A stretch of 64,000 bases of DNA from Octopus vulgaris (taxonomy: Eukaryota). The DNA lies in contig OX597815.1 of assembly GCA_951406725.2 (NCBI GenBank), positions 62,000,001-62,064,000 of the forward strand, given 5' to 3'. The notes below the pieces were generated by a model. The model made no database searches. It was not told where the DNA came from and saw only the letters and a list, made by a program, of their open reading frames with translations. The position numbers were made by a program, and so were the translations under genes. Shown one piece after another: positions 27,408-41,334 of the stretch (positions within the stretch are counted from its first letter, which is position 1; every line of letters starts with the position of its first letter).

Positions 27408-27625
27408 TATTGGTTTCAAATTTTGATACAAGGCCAGCAAGTTCAGAGGAGCAGGTAAGTCGATTACATGGAACCCAGTGCTCAACTGGTACTTATTTTA
27501 TCGACCCCTAAAGGATGAAACGCAAAGTCAACATCGGCGGAATTTGAACTGGGAACGTAAAGGCGGACGAAATGCTGCTCAGCATTTTGTCCGGCGTGCT
27601 AACGATTCTGTCAGCTCACCGCCAT
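27408..27625 (-). mobile_element. SINE family B
   Basis: Homology to family B. Confidence 0.8.
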
Positions 27626-28594
27626 TCCACCGTTTCTGATATTAATAACTATTTGATAAAAACTATAGCGGCGGCGATTATGATGATGTTGCTGTTGTTG
27701 TTGGTGGTGGTCACGGTGGCGGTGTTTGTGGTGGTGGTGGCAGTGACAGCGTTTGTGGTGGTGGTGGTGGTGGTGGCAGTGGATCTGGTGGAGGCAGAAA
27801 CTTCATAATGATGATAGAAGGGGTGTTCTTGATGGAGACAATGAGGAGGCGTCGATGATGTTGCTGATGTCATCACCAGCCAGACATCTGAAAAAGTAGA
27901 TTTTCCAGTTTAGATGGAAATTCCAATGGTATTGCGAAATTTGAGAAATGTACCTAACTCTGCAGCAGCAGTAGCGGCGGCGGCGGCATCTTCAACAGCA
28001 ACGGGTTCCGACTACAATGAATAAATAAATAAATATAAAAACGATGGCGACAACGATCACCACAGCCGTCACCAATTGCATTGCTTCGACTCCTAATGTA
28101 GAGAGGTAATCTGTGTGGTGCTGAGTGCTACAAGAAATAACAACTAAACCTGCCTCATATCACACTGTATTGTCTTAGAAAAGGAAAGACATATTTGATA
28201 TCTCACTTATCAAAAATAGATCTCCGCCAGTTTCGACGATATGTATTCAGCAGTATGATCATTTGAATTTCCTGCTCAGTGAATCAGAGTCTATGTCACT
28301 GAATATTCCACTGATATGTGTTCTCGTTATCATAATCCTCGTGTCACGAGAGCAGGCGGGATCTTTAACTTATAAGACATAATCCATCCAAGGAGCTTCC
28401 ATGCGGTTTCCATTTCCCTACTTTCACTCAAATCACTAGGGTATGGTCGAGGGTGTGGCAAAAGGCACTTGCCCCCAGTATCCCACTCTCTGGGATCGAA
28501 CGCGGAATATTGAGAACGAGAAGATAACTTCTTAATAGTCATCCAAGCAACAACAACAACAACAACAACAACGATAATGCAGCCTTCAGTATTA

Positions 28595-29375
28595 TCAATT
28601 TCAAATTTTGGTACAGGGCTATCAATATGGGGGTTGGGGGGTAAATCGATTACATCGACTCCAGTGTTCAACTGATACTTAATTTATCGATTCCGAAAGG
28701 ATGACAGGCAAACTCGACCTCGGCGGCATTTGAACGCAGAACGAAAAGAGAAATGAAATGCTGCTAAGCATTCAGCCCGGCATGCTAACAATTCTTTTCT
28801 ACTCTAGGCATAAGGCCCTAAAGTTTTGAGGAGGGGGCCAGTTGATTAGACCGACCCCAGTATGCAGCGGGTACTTAAGTTATCGACCGCGAAAGGATGA
28901 CAGGCAAAGTCGACCTCAGCGGAATTTGAACTCAGAACGTAAAGACAGACGAAATACCTATTTCTTTACTATCCACAAGGGGCTAAACACAGAGAGGACA
29001 AACAAGGACAGACAAACGGATTAAGTCGATTATATCGACCCCAGTGCGTAACTGGTACTTAATTAATCGACCCCGAAAGGATGAAAGGCAAAGTCGACCT
29101 CGGCGGAATTTGAACTCAGAACGTTACGGCAGACGAAAGGCCTATTTCTTTACTATCCACAAAGGGCTAAACACAGAGGGGACAAACAAGGTCAGACAAA
29201 CGGATTAAGTCGATTATATCGACTCCAGTGCGTAACTGGTACTTAATTTATCGACCCCGAAAGGATGAAAGGGAAAGTCGACCTCGGCGGAATTTGAACT
29301 CATAACGTAACGGCAGACGAAATACCGCTAAGCAATTCGCCCGGCCTGCTAACAGTTCTGTCTGCTCACCGCTCG
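28595..29375 (-). mobile_element. Head-to-tail array of SINE family B units (about 180-bp period)
   Basis: Four occurrences of gaaaggatga...tcgacctc.gcgg.atttgaac. Confidence 0.85.
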
Positions 29376-30369
29376 CCACCATTATTATCAATACTGCGAA
29401 CATTGTATCGCTGCCATTACCACCACTGTAACCACCACCACCACCACCACCGCAACCGTTACCGTACAATTTACGGCACCACTATCAACAACACCATTTC
29501 TACCAAAAAAAACAAAACAAAAAAAAAACAGTTATTTCCCGATATCCCCCCTCCCAAAAAACAAATCGATAGATTTCATTTTAGACAATATGGCGCCGCA
29601 CGATTACAAAACAAAAACGACAATAAAATATGAAAAACACTACAAAAACAACAAAATTAAAAATAAGAATAACAACAGGAGTATCAACATCACCAAATCA
29701 CTTACACACATACACTCACTCATACATGTGTTTGTGTGTGTGTGCGTGCGTGTGCAGTTGTACATAAACATGCATAAACAAATATGAGTTTGTGTGTGTG
29801 TGTGCGTGCGTGTGTGAGACTGTGCTTGTATTTGACTCACCTGTCTCGTGTTGTCATCCTACGTCATTGAGTGACGAATCTAGTTTACAGATCGAAACCT
29901 GGGGTCTGATTTCGTTGCTGACAGTAGAGACTTGTCACCGGTGAAACAGAACTTACTGAAGCCGGCGGCTCTGTTCCTTTACCACCGCCGCCACCACCAC
30001 CACCACCACCACCACCACCACCACGTCCGCTATAGCAACATCATCATCAACAATCAGTGCTGCTGCTGCTGCTACTACTACTATTATTATTACTGTTGCT
30101 GCTTCTACTGCTGTTGTTGCTGCTGTTGCTGCTGCTACTACTACTACTTCTACTATTTTGTAGTAGTAGTCTTGGACCAGTCCATTACGTAACAATATAA
30201 ACGATATTAACCGGGAAAATTAAAATGGAAATTATAAATATATATTTTGTTGTATCTCAATAGGGTCATTATGACAATAATAAACACACGCACAAGTTCT
30301 ATCTTCTTTATTATTTACTGATCAGTTGGTTAACTATTTGATTGGACGCCTGTTTGGTAGAAAATTTGT

Positions 30370-31400
30370 GAAAGAAACTTAAGAAGGTCTTGCAGATTTT
30401 TATTGTCGCTGGATATAGCGATCATTTGTAGTGCATGGATCAATGTGTTGCGTTGTCTCCCCAACAACTCGAGTTCAGCCATTCTTTGCCCAAACCAGTT
30501 GGTGCATATCCTGTTGCTCTAATAATAATAATAGGAATGAAGCAGAAGATGCACTTTGAGGACTAGATTTGCCAACTCCTTATCAGAGGTTTATAGATAT
30601 CCTCTTTCTCAAGTTTATTTCTGACCAGATTAGTTTCCAGAGGGCAGCTGGTTTCCCCAACAGCTCATATCTTTTCCTTATGGTCCCATACAACTATGTC
30701 TAACAAATTGTGTGTTAACTTGGTAGCTGTTATGATATTTAAGTACTATCAATATTTTTTGACCCATCTGTCTCAGTATAGTCAACTTTGTTACTAATTT
30801 CTTTTTTTTACTCTATTCCAGACTGTTTTGGCCGCCGCATCATGCCTCATGGGAAGATAATATCTAGAAGACATTCTCTCGCAGTTGGCAATAATGTGGT
30901 TGATGTCTTCAGTCTTAATTTTCGTGGCCTACGTTTTTCTTCTGTTAATGTTTTCTGCCTCTTATGTTGCAGGTACTTGGTGGGATCTCTTGTTCTTGAA
31001 TTTCATAGAGATAGCCTTTAAAGTGGGATGTCATAAACTTGTCGGTACTCTACGCCAAAGTTTTGGTATGATCAATTCCTTCTGTGATTCGTGTCTTTCG
31101 TACCAAGTACTCATGGACTATCATCTCAGTGCTTGCAAACTTGGCTAGTATAGTAACTGGCATCTTTCCAGTGCTGTTGATGTGACTTCTGTGTCACAAT
31201 ACGTGCTTCATATGATATCAATACAGATCTAAAACCATGGCTACCATTCTTGAGTGGGAAATTTAATCTATCAGTATCTCCATCGTTTCCAGCAACAATG
31301 AGTAGCTTACGAATTCGTACATCAGTCACGTTGTGATCTTGTAGAGACTAGTTACGAAGGGCAAAGGCTCCTTACTAGTTACGATAGGCACTCAAAGGTA
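30370..31400 (-). pseudogene. Decayed R4/Dong-like non-LTR retrotransposon 3' region
   Basis: Minus strand: GYLYEIQEQE..., KTEDINHIIANCERMSSRYYLPMRHDAAAKTVW, DIVVWDHKEK...SCPLETN...EKEDIYKPL...IPIIII. Confidence 0.8.
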
Positions 31401-31899
31401 GGTGATTTGGTTGCTGTAAACTGAGAGTTCAGTTCTCCATATTTCTTTTCTTTACTCTCTTGAGGTATTCATTTCTTGTTCTCTCCTTATTGATGGATCC
31501 ACCATAGCTGATATTCTTATTCTGTCCAGGATTCTTTTGGCTTTCCTCAGAGAGTCAGGTAGTTTTAAGTCGAGTAAAGGCTATATTTTTATATTTGTTA
31601 TTATTCAGCTTTATTTTAAAAATATCTTGCGAATAGAGAAAGAGCCGGTTTCTCATCTAGATCCATGGCTCCTTCATTGGAGTTTCAACACCAACAGGGT
31701 TTTTTTGCACGTATTGTGTGTATATGTATTGTATTTTGAGTTAGTTATCTGTAGATTTGTATGTTTTGTTTTATGTATGTATTCTCATGCATATAATTGC
31801 ATGTCTAGACATATATGATTAAATGATAAACTTCTGGGACGTTTTACAGATTTTACAGTTCCAGTGATGTATTGGATCTGTAGTGTTCAGTATAGGTGT

Positions 31900-32420
31900 C
31901 TTTTTCTTTTTCGCTGATCTTAAGCTTTCTGTTGACATCCGTTGGGCAACTGATTTCTACAACTGTTTCTCTGCTCTATCCTAAATCCCTATGTCAGGTC
32001 TATTATGCTTATATTTTATTGAGGTTTTCGCTGGGCCATTGCACCAATACTCCTTCATTTTATGAGTGGCAATGGCCTCTACCACATTAAGGATTCTTAT
32101 CTCTTTGGCTTCAGGATTATCTTTCTGTACAGTGTCTTGACTACATCGGTAAATAATGACGCGAAAATAGTTTTGGATAACTGCTTATGATGTGGGTGAT
32201 ATTTTCGGTGTTAACTCCACAAAGTCTGCATCGGTTGTCACATTTTCGTGTTTTTTCTTGCGTCTCTGTCCCTTTTGTACATCAGGCATTTGGTTGCTTT
32301 TGCCACACCTTCAAACTGTGAGTTAGTAATCCCGTTGTTGGTACATGATAGACTGCTTTGATAATCAATGTTAATATCATCTGGTAGTTTTCTAACATAT
32401 CCATGCATAGTTTTCTGCTG
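31900..32420 (-). pseudogene. Third R4/Dong-like fragment
   Basis: Minus strand: GYVRKLPDDINIDYQSSLS...KCDNRCRLCGVNTENITHIISSYPKLFSRHYLP. Confidence 0.75.
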
Positions 32421-32723
32421 TTATACATTGAAATGTATGAATGTATTATCTATATATGCATATGATGTGTTGGTGTGCTAAAATATAAATTCTATACCAG
32501 CACAAGCCATATCCTGTCCGTATATACACTATATATGGTTTGTTACCATGCTCACGCTCTCCCTCCCTCTCCCCCTCTCTCCTCCTTCACACTCACATAC
32601 CATACACCCATCCATTTGCTCTCCCCCACCATCAGTTTCTTTGCCACAATTATTAGTTTGTATTACACGTCATTTAAATCACACATACCTTTCCCTGCAT
32701 ATTATCCACATACTGCTGCCTGT

Positions 32724-32754
<31 letters not shown>

Positions 32755-32760
32755 CGTGCG

Positions 32761-32799
<39 letters not shown>

Positions 32800-32892
32800 G
32801 TGTATATATATGTATACACATATATACACATATATATACATATATATACATATATATGTATATACATATATATTATATACATATACATATGC

Positions 32893-32953
<61 letters not shown>

Positions 32954-33250
32954 CGTACGTACATATATGTGTGCATGTCAGTTCATATATATATGGAGGT
33001 GTGTGTATGTATTTATGTATACATATACATAAATACATATATACCTACACACATGCATACGCATGCTTAATCAAAGGATAAATATATTACTGTATCGTGC
33101 ATAAAATAATTAAGCATTTATCCTTAATTATGTGCGTATGCATGTAGATATAACTATACATGTATATATATATATAATTCGACATTTATCGGTTTATATG
33201 CCTCTTACTACGTATCTATGTGATTGTTTTGTTTGTCTTTGTGTGTGTGC

Positions 33251-33292
<42 letters not shown>

Positions 33293-33524
33293 GGAGTGTA
33301 GATGGTGCGATGTAACATGTTATATATATGTATGTATGTGTATGAATATAATTTGTATACACATATATACACATGCAAATACACTCTCAGAAACATATAC
33401 ATCCATATACATAGTCATGCATGCACCATATACATTTATACACTTGAATATATTTGGAAATATACATGTAAAAACAGAGAACTGACAAATTCACATTAAC
33501 ACACACATATGTATCTACATGCAC

Positions 33525-33570
<46 letters not shown>

Positions 33571-33844
33571 AATTAATAAATAAATAAAACATATGCATAT
33601 ATACATACATATATGTACGTACCTACCTCTACATGTATATATACATGCATATATGGGTACAGGACACCAAAAAACGAACACAATGAGAAACGAAAACATA
33701 AACACAAAAGCAAGGAAATGGACATTTTTCTTAAACAACGAAAAAATAGAGTACAGGACATACAAAACAAGGAAAATTCTCCTTCTTCAGTCGCCTTTGT
33801 TTCATCTACTCCACGTTTCGAAGGTCAAGGCGAGGTTTATATAT

Positions 33845-34130
33845 ATATGGCTGTGTGGTAGGAAGTTAGCTTCCCAACCACACGGTTCCGAGTTCAGTCC
33901 CACAGCATGGCACCTTAGGCTTGTGTCTTTCACTATAGTCTCGGGCCGACGAAAGCCTTGTGTGTGGATTTGGTAGACGGAAACTGAAAGAAGCCCGTTG
34001 TGCACTTAACGAAATTCATTCTTGAGACTTTGGTCAGCCTTGTCCTACATTATAGGACATTCGCCTAGAGTGCTATGTAGTTGGATTGAACCCGGAACTA
34101 TATGGTTGGGAACCAAACTTCTTACCACTG
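33845..34130. mobile_element. Two convergent 5' fragments of SINE family A
   Basis: tggctgtgtggtagg...agttcagtccc on +, then an inverted head ending cttaccac. Confidence 0.75.
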
Positions 34131-34158
34131 TTCTTTTGAGTTTTTTTTGTGAATTCTC

Positions 34159-34224
<66 letters not shown>

Positions 34225-34271
34225 ATGTACATATGTGTGCATGTATGTATATATATATATGTATATATATG

Positions 34272-34311
<40 letters not shown>

Positions 34312-34319
34312 CTTTATAT

Positions 34320-34600
34320 ATAGAATGGAACATATATATTAATCTATATACAAATACCTTTAGAAATGGACTTGTTTGATTGCTTTAAAACGGTATAGCG
34401 ATAAACAAAAGGTCAAAAATATATGTATATATATATAAAAACTTATAAAAATATATATATACATATATTTTTGACCTTTTTGTTTATCGCTCGAAGATTG
34501 ACCGTTTTTTCTAAAGGGCCAATCAAACAAGTCCATTTCTTTTTAAAGGTGTAGCGTTTGTAAGAGTATAGATTGAATTAATATATATGTTCCATTCTAG
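34320..34600. repeat. Imperfect long inverted repeat
   Basis: tagaatggaacatatatattaat / attaatatatatgttccattcta; gaaatggacttgtttgattg / caatcaaacaagtccatttc; agcgataaacaaaa / ttttgtttatcgct. Confidence 0.85.
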
Positions 34601-34650
34601 CAAAAACTGTCTGATGAACGGCAACGAGAAACTCAGAGTAACAGATTTTG
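34601..34650 (+). ncRNA. Minimal type I hammerhead ribozyme motif
   Basis: caaaaactgt-CTGATGA-acggcaacga-GAAA-ctcagag-TA-acagattttg. Confidence 0.72.
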
Positions 34651-34747
34651 TTGAATTTTCTGCTGCTTAAAATAAAGCATATTACTCTACCACTGGTATT
34701 TGAGTACTCTTTTTCCACCTTGTTTCACATTTATGTGTTTACTCCGG

Positions 34748-34855
<108 letters not shown>

Positions 34856-35064
34856 CATATATATATGTATATATATATATATAATAGTCATTTTTGGGAG
34901 CGTATTTAGAATTGGTGTTTATTCGGTTTTGGGGCTGGTTGGTTTTCTCATTCTAAATATGCTTTATTGGGGTCTGTTCGTGAGGTTGCACAGAGTATTT
35001 CTTACGAGGTTAGTATATCACTGATTTTGATGACATATATGCATACATAGGTATATATGAAGGT

Positions 35065-35124
<60 letters not shown>

Positions 35125-36197
35125 ATACATACACATATCCATATATATATATATATCAATTATGCATATATGCATTCTCTCTATTTCTATATATATATGT
35201 ATATATATATTCAGAAACACTGATATACCTAAGTATGAGAAACTATTCGACCTTATGTCCTTAAGTACACTTGTACACACTCGCACACACACACACCCTA
35301 CAATCCCACTCGTCACCCCACACACGCACCACACATACCTACACATTCCCACACATCCACACACACGCTCTGTGCTAAAACTACAACTCAACACTGGAGA
35401 GTGTCACGTGTAATTCCTTCCTCAGACAACTATTTCGAGAGTCACCTTGCCTTTGGTGACGTCACACATCTGCACTGGTTGACTTCGGTTCCTTCTCAAC
35501 TTCTCTCTCCTCCTCCTCTTCCTCCTCCATTTTTCCCAGTATTACCTCTCCCACTCTCTATCTCACATATTTAATTTTCTTTCACTCCTCCAGTTCTCTG
35601 TCTGTTATTTTCTCTCTCTCTCCCTCCCCGTCTTTCACTCTCTGTTTCGCTCCCCATTCTGTATGTGTTTTCGATTTAAACCTGAACTGGTGTCGCTTAT
35701 TGCTGTGGTTGTTGTTGTTGTTAGTGGCGTGTCTGTATTTGTGGTGGTAGTGTAGCTGACGGTGGTGGGGTGTTGTTGTTAGTGATGATAAGGGCGGTGT
35801 TGTTGGTGTTGTTGTTGTTGTTGTTAGCAGCATTGATAACAGTGGTGGTGGTAGAGGAGGAGTCGTGCTACAGTTCTTGTTCAAGTATTATGGTTTTTAT
35901 TTTGTTTTCTTTGGTTGTTGTTGTTGCTTTTAGCCCCAGGTCATTTCTTATCGAGCAGATCTAAGATCAGAAGAATTCCAATAACGACCATCCTGTTCGT
36001 TTTTCTTTTTCTCTTCAGCTATCAAATATCTATGATGACTTTATCCAATGTTAGTCATAGACAACCGTTTTAGGACTGTGGTTTATGCTTTAGGGCACTT
36101 TAATTGCTCTTTCTAGCCAGTCATACGACCACATAATGTTGGTGAGCAACTGGTGATGGTGATGTTTGTGGGGTCAAAGGCATATTTGACTGCTATT

Positions 36198-36430
36198 TCT
36201 TATTTCTTTACTGCCCACAAGGGGCTACACACAGAGGGAACAAACAATGACAGACAAAGGGGTTAAGTCGATTACATGGACTCCAGTACGTAACTGGTAC
36301 TTATTGAATCGACCCCGAAAGGATGAAAGGCAAAGTCGACCTCGGCGGAATTTGAACTCAGAACGTAACGGCAGACGAAATACTGCTAAGCGTTTCGCCC
36401 GGCGTGCTAACGTTTCTGCCAGCTCGCATA
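36198..36430 (-). mobile_element. SINE family B
   Basis: Homology to family B. Confidence 0.85.
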
Positions 36431-37843
36431 TTTGGCTGCTATTTCTACCAACTATAGTGACTATGTAAGAGCCACCAACATACTTAATTTCTCCAATTGT
36501 TGCACATTATTGGATTGTTTAAATGATTTTAATAAGGTTTCGCAAGACAGAATCATTATAAAGCCGGACAAAATGCTTCGCAGCATTTCTTCCAGCTTTA
36601 CGTTCGAATTCCTGTGAAATTAACTTTGCCTTTCATTCTTTCGTGGTCGATAAAGTGACAGTTGAGCTCTGTAATCGACTCGCCCCGTCCCACCAAATTT
36701 CAGGCCTTGGGCCTATAGCAGAAAGGATTTTAATTAGGTTTCTGTTATTGTTGTTTGTGTCTCCTTTTCTTCTTGCCGCAGTCTCTCTTGTCACACTCGC
36801 CTCTTTGTCTTTTCCCTTTCTTAGCTCTGTTTCTTTCTTTGTTTCCCCCCTCCTTTCTCTTGGTCTCCTCTCTTTCCTAAGTATCTTATATTTTGGTATC
36901 TTTCTGTCGTTGGGATTACAGTCTATGATTCTTCTATTTTTGTCCCTTTTATCTATGACGGAATGAAGACAGTTCATTGTGGTAAAAGTAGTAGAGATAA
37001 ATAGTAGACAAGGTGGTGGTATTTGGGGTTGTTTTAAGAAGTATTGAAGTTGCTAGTTTTTTTATAGCTTCCATTAGTTCAGCCATTTTGAAGGAAGGCT
37101 CTACATAGAAAGCTACATTATATAATTTTAGACCGATTATTACAGGAATTTAAAAAACAAAACAACAACAACCCTATTTGCTCACACCGAGTGTTACTAA
37201 TTTACTCCCCTCAATTTATATGGGGTTTGAACTTAAAGACTCGGGGTCTATAATGAAATATGATATCAGTTTAATCTGGCACTCTGCAATTTATATTAAC
37301 CTGTGTTGTTTCGGCAACTTCCAAAGTACCAGAAGTTGCTAAAACCCTTGTTTTCTACAGAGGAGTCAGACTTTTGAAATATTATCAAAAAATATGAATA
37401 AGTGGTTACACGGTTACCTATGACTAGAAACTTTAAGAATTTCATTTGACAAAACAAAAACAAATCAAAATGAATATGTGAATTCTTTGCATCTTTTTCC
37501 TTAAAATTCTTTAATTTCATTTCAAATTACTAATCCTGCTTTGAATTATGACGAAATGATAACCTCCCTTGTAACAGCATTGGGGGTTCCAAGTGCTTAA
37601 AGAACAAATAAGGTCAAAGCCAAAATTCTGCTTGTTTTTAAGCCTATTTCTCTGGAATTCGGCCGCTGCGACACAAGTAATGAAAAAGGAAATATCTTAA
37701 TTTCAACTTCCCTTTAGTTTAGCCATTTCAATATTTCAATAGTTCATCCAGGTCAATATATTGCTTTTGTGCAAAAACTACTTTAGTTAAGCAAAATAGC
37801 TAGTTGTGAATTCTCAAGAAATCACAGTAGTAACTATATTCAC

Positions 37844-39062
37844 AAGTAAAGTTGATTGCCACATTAAACTGGCTGTTCCATGTTACTACTAGTTTAACCC
37901 CAGGCAGAAACTGAGTCAGTCTCGTGATCTTGTGGTCTGCTAGAGGATGGTAGGGGTTTGCTCCCCCTGCTAGCAATATATCCGTATATTCTTTTCTTTT
38001 ACTTGTTTCAGTCATTTGACTGCGGACATGCTGGAGCACCACCTTTAGTCGAAAGAATCGACCCCCAGAACTTATGCTTTGTAAGCCTAGTACTATTCTA
38101 TTGGTTCCTTTTACCGAACCGCTAAGTTACGGGGACGTAAACACAACAACATCCGTTGTCAAGCGATGGTGAGAGGGACAAACACAGATACGTACACAGA
38201 CTCATACACACAAAACACACATATACACATATGTATATATATACGACGGGCTTCTTTAAGTTTCCGTCTACCAAATCCACTCACAAGGCCTTGGTCGGCC
38301 CGAGTCTATAGTAGAAGACACTTGCCCAAGGTGCCACGCAGTGGGACTGAACCCGGAACCATGTGGTTGGGAAGCAAACTTTTTACCACACAGCCGCAGG
38401 TGCAACGCTGCACCGATAACCAGCAGGCGGGAGGCGAAATTTTTCCCACGAGAGTTCCGGACCCCAGTAATGAACTCATTTGCATACCGCCAATCAGAGC
38501 TCACCTTGACCTTGTTGTCAAGTTTACAAAGGTTGGCGACCTCCGATCGCCATGCGAATCTTATATTGTGCTCTCATTCAGATACCAATATTATCGATAC
38601 TGAACACATATGCTTGGTAGTGGTAAGTTTGAATTACTATAGCAATCAAAGATAATGTTTTGGACGAATATGAAAGTATGGAAACTGCTGGAAAATGTTT
38701 TATAAATACACATTGATTCACTGATACGAATATGGACGTGTGTGTATTGTTAATGTATCTTTGGCTATCCGAATCCCACATGTGCCGTAAACCAGCATAT
38801 GTGTTCAGTATCGATGATATTGGCATCTGAATGAGTGCACAATACAAAATTCGCATGGCAATCGGGGTCGACAAATTCAGTGTCAACCTTTGTTAACTTG
38901 ACAACAAGGTGAAGGTGAACTCCGATTGGCTGTATGCAAATGAGGTTATTACTGGTGTCCGGAACTCTCGCAGGGAAAAAAATTCGCTGGCGGAAGATCT
39001 GCTTGGGGTTAAACTAGTACTAACATGGAACAGCCACTTCGATGTGGTGATCAACTTTACTT
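37844..39062. mobile_element. Foldback/MITE-like element with long diverged TIRs, interrupted by a SINE
   Basis: 37844-37912 inverted with about 38995-39062; 38430-38617 inverted with about 38790-38990. Confidence 0.8.
37989..38398 (-). mobile_element. SINE family A, full length, inserted in the left arm of the foldback element
   Basis: Homology to 58300-58712. Confidence 0.9.
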
Positions 39063-40182
39063 ACCTTATTTAATTTTTTAAAGTAAGTTTTTAATAATTT
39101 CTGATACCTTCAAGGGTGCGTGGCAGGCACAAACGGAATCAGAAATTTCGTCTCACGTGTTATTTTTCGACTCGAAACCCAGTCCCTATATTTACAACAG
39201 ACTCCATTAAAGGTAACCAGTGACCAGATGGGGTGTTAAATCAGGTGATGGATTAAAGACTATTAATCAAGAACTAGTGTAGTACCACCGGTGGGTTTCC
39301 GCAGTTACCGTGTACCAAACTTCACTTGCAGTGACCTGAGGTTATACTAGAAGATATATCTCTGTCTCTCACTCTGTCTGCCTGTCTGTCTGTATGCCTC
39401 TGGAACCAACGAACTCTGTCTTGTCTACTTCCAATTCTCCAAGACACTTTATTTTCTTATTCCCACAACTAAACTTACCCTGTTACTAAACCGTAGGAAC
39501 TCGGTATGTTTAATGCATTGTTTGCGTATTAAAGAGTTAACACTGAGCATTCTGACTGGTTATCAGGAAATAAAATCAAGGAAAATTACAAAAACAAACA
39601 AAGAAACAAAAAACCAAAAAACAAAAAAACTTAAATATCATATTTTTACTTTAGAAGAACGGACGGGAGACAACTCAAGGACATGTTTCTGATTCAGTGA
39701 ACATCAACAGCTGAACTATAGCGTCACCGTAACTTTCCGAAATGTCTGCGCAAAAGAATTAATCAATAAAGATATATATCAATATCTATTTATTGGCGGG
39801 GAAACATCAGTTTCATTTGTAAACACCCACTTGCCTTCTGGTTACCAAACAGATGGCACAATTAAGTATAACTTAATTTCCAAACAATTCTACGACCAAA
39901 CAATTTGTTATATTCTTTTTCTTCACCAGAACTGCAACTATCTGGAACGTTTCTTTCTCTCTTTGCGTTCTTCTGTTCCCAAACATTCATCGATATGATT
40001 TAGGGACTATCTGAATATTCTCTATTGCCCTCAATTTGTGTACTTTTAAATAATAACCAAGTTTGTTGCGTCAAAGAACGGTTTATCTCAGTTTGATCAA
40101 ATTGGTCGAAAATATAATTGCTGAAAAAATAAACAATTAGAAATGTAGAGATGTTTAAAAACAATTGATATTTCGTAACTTC

Positions 40183-40592
40183 AAGACGGCGAGCTGGCAG
40201 AATCGTTAGCACGTCGGACAAAATGCTTAGTGGCATTTCGTCCGTCCTTACGTTCTGGGTTCAAATTCCGTCGAGGTCGACTTTGTCTTTCCTCCTTTCG
40301 GGGTCGATAAAATAAGAACCAGTTGAACACAGGGCTAAACGTAATCGACCTAACCCCTTCTCCCGAAATGACTGGCTTTGTGCCAACATATGAAACCAAT
40401 ATTTCGTAACCTATGTCGGGCAAAATGCTTAGCGGCATTGTTCTGAGTCCAGTTCCCGCTGAGGTCGACTTTACCTTTTATCCCTTTTGGGGTCGAGAAA
40501 ATATACGCTAGTTGAGCGCTTGGGTCGATGTAATCGACTTATCTCCTTCCCTCGAAAATGCTGGTCTTGTGCCAAAATTTGAAAGCAATATT
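40183..40592 (+). mobile_element. SINE family B, two tandem units
   Basis: aagacggcgagctggcagaatcgttagc head; second unit from about 40415. Confidence 0.85.
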
Positions 40593-41334
40593 TCGAAACC
40601 TTAGTAGATAAATGGCGAATTTCTTATTCTAAGAATGACGGAATGATATACGGAAAAAGTGAGGATCATTTCTTCTGCGTAAGGAGGTGTTTCTGGGATT
40701 AAGAATGCCGGACAATTTATCTGCTTTCTGGCTCCAAAAGTAACTTATCGGAGAGCAAACAAACTTTATCAGTTGGACATATCTCGACTGTCAGCCAATC
40801 ATACTTTTTGCCTGAAGCCGATTCCGCCAGATTATGACTGAAGAAATTATCTCTGTTGATCATATCCTAGATTAGAAACTTGCCACTTTGGAATGGGAAA
40901 ATTGTGATGTTGTACGCTTTATGTTTTTGGTTGTACTGTGCTTAACCATTGCTTGCATCCAAACAACGTTTTACAATTTCATTGAGGACTTTATGCCGAG
41001 GGAAGAAACCGCTTCTGAGGCGGTATGACAACGAGTAGAGTTCTGAAACGCCAACTATTGTCCTGTAACGGTATTGGTACTTCATTTTAATCCAAAGACC
41101 AAGCCTGAGTGGCACGTCAATTCAGACAACAATCGTTATTCAGTTGGATGCTAGGCAACTTTGAGAGTAAAGCGTTCAACCATGTTCCGCTATGAGAATG
41201 GGGTAATGGAGATGGTGAAGGGAACTGAATTACACAAGTCGAGCGAATAAGTAAGGCTGTTCGAGAGTTTACTGCAGATAATGGTGGCCCTTTTAGGCTG
41301 AACTGATGGATTATCTATACAATGCCGAATATAA

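Noticed and set aside
28920-29375. Regularly spaced repeats resembling a CRISPR array
   Set aside because: The whole roughly 180-bp unit repeats with no unique spacers, it matches a dispersed SINE, the context is eukaryotic and there are no cas genes.
40600-41280. Higher-complexity stretch that might be a decayed retroelement or exon
   Set aside because: No open frame or diagnostic motif that I could identify with confidence.
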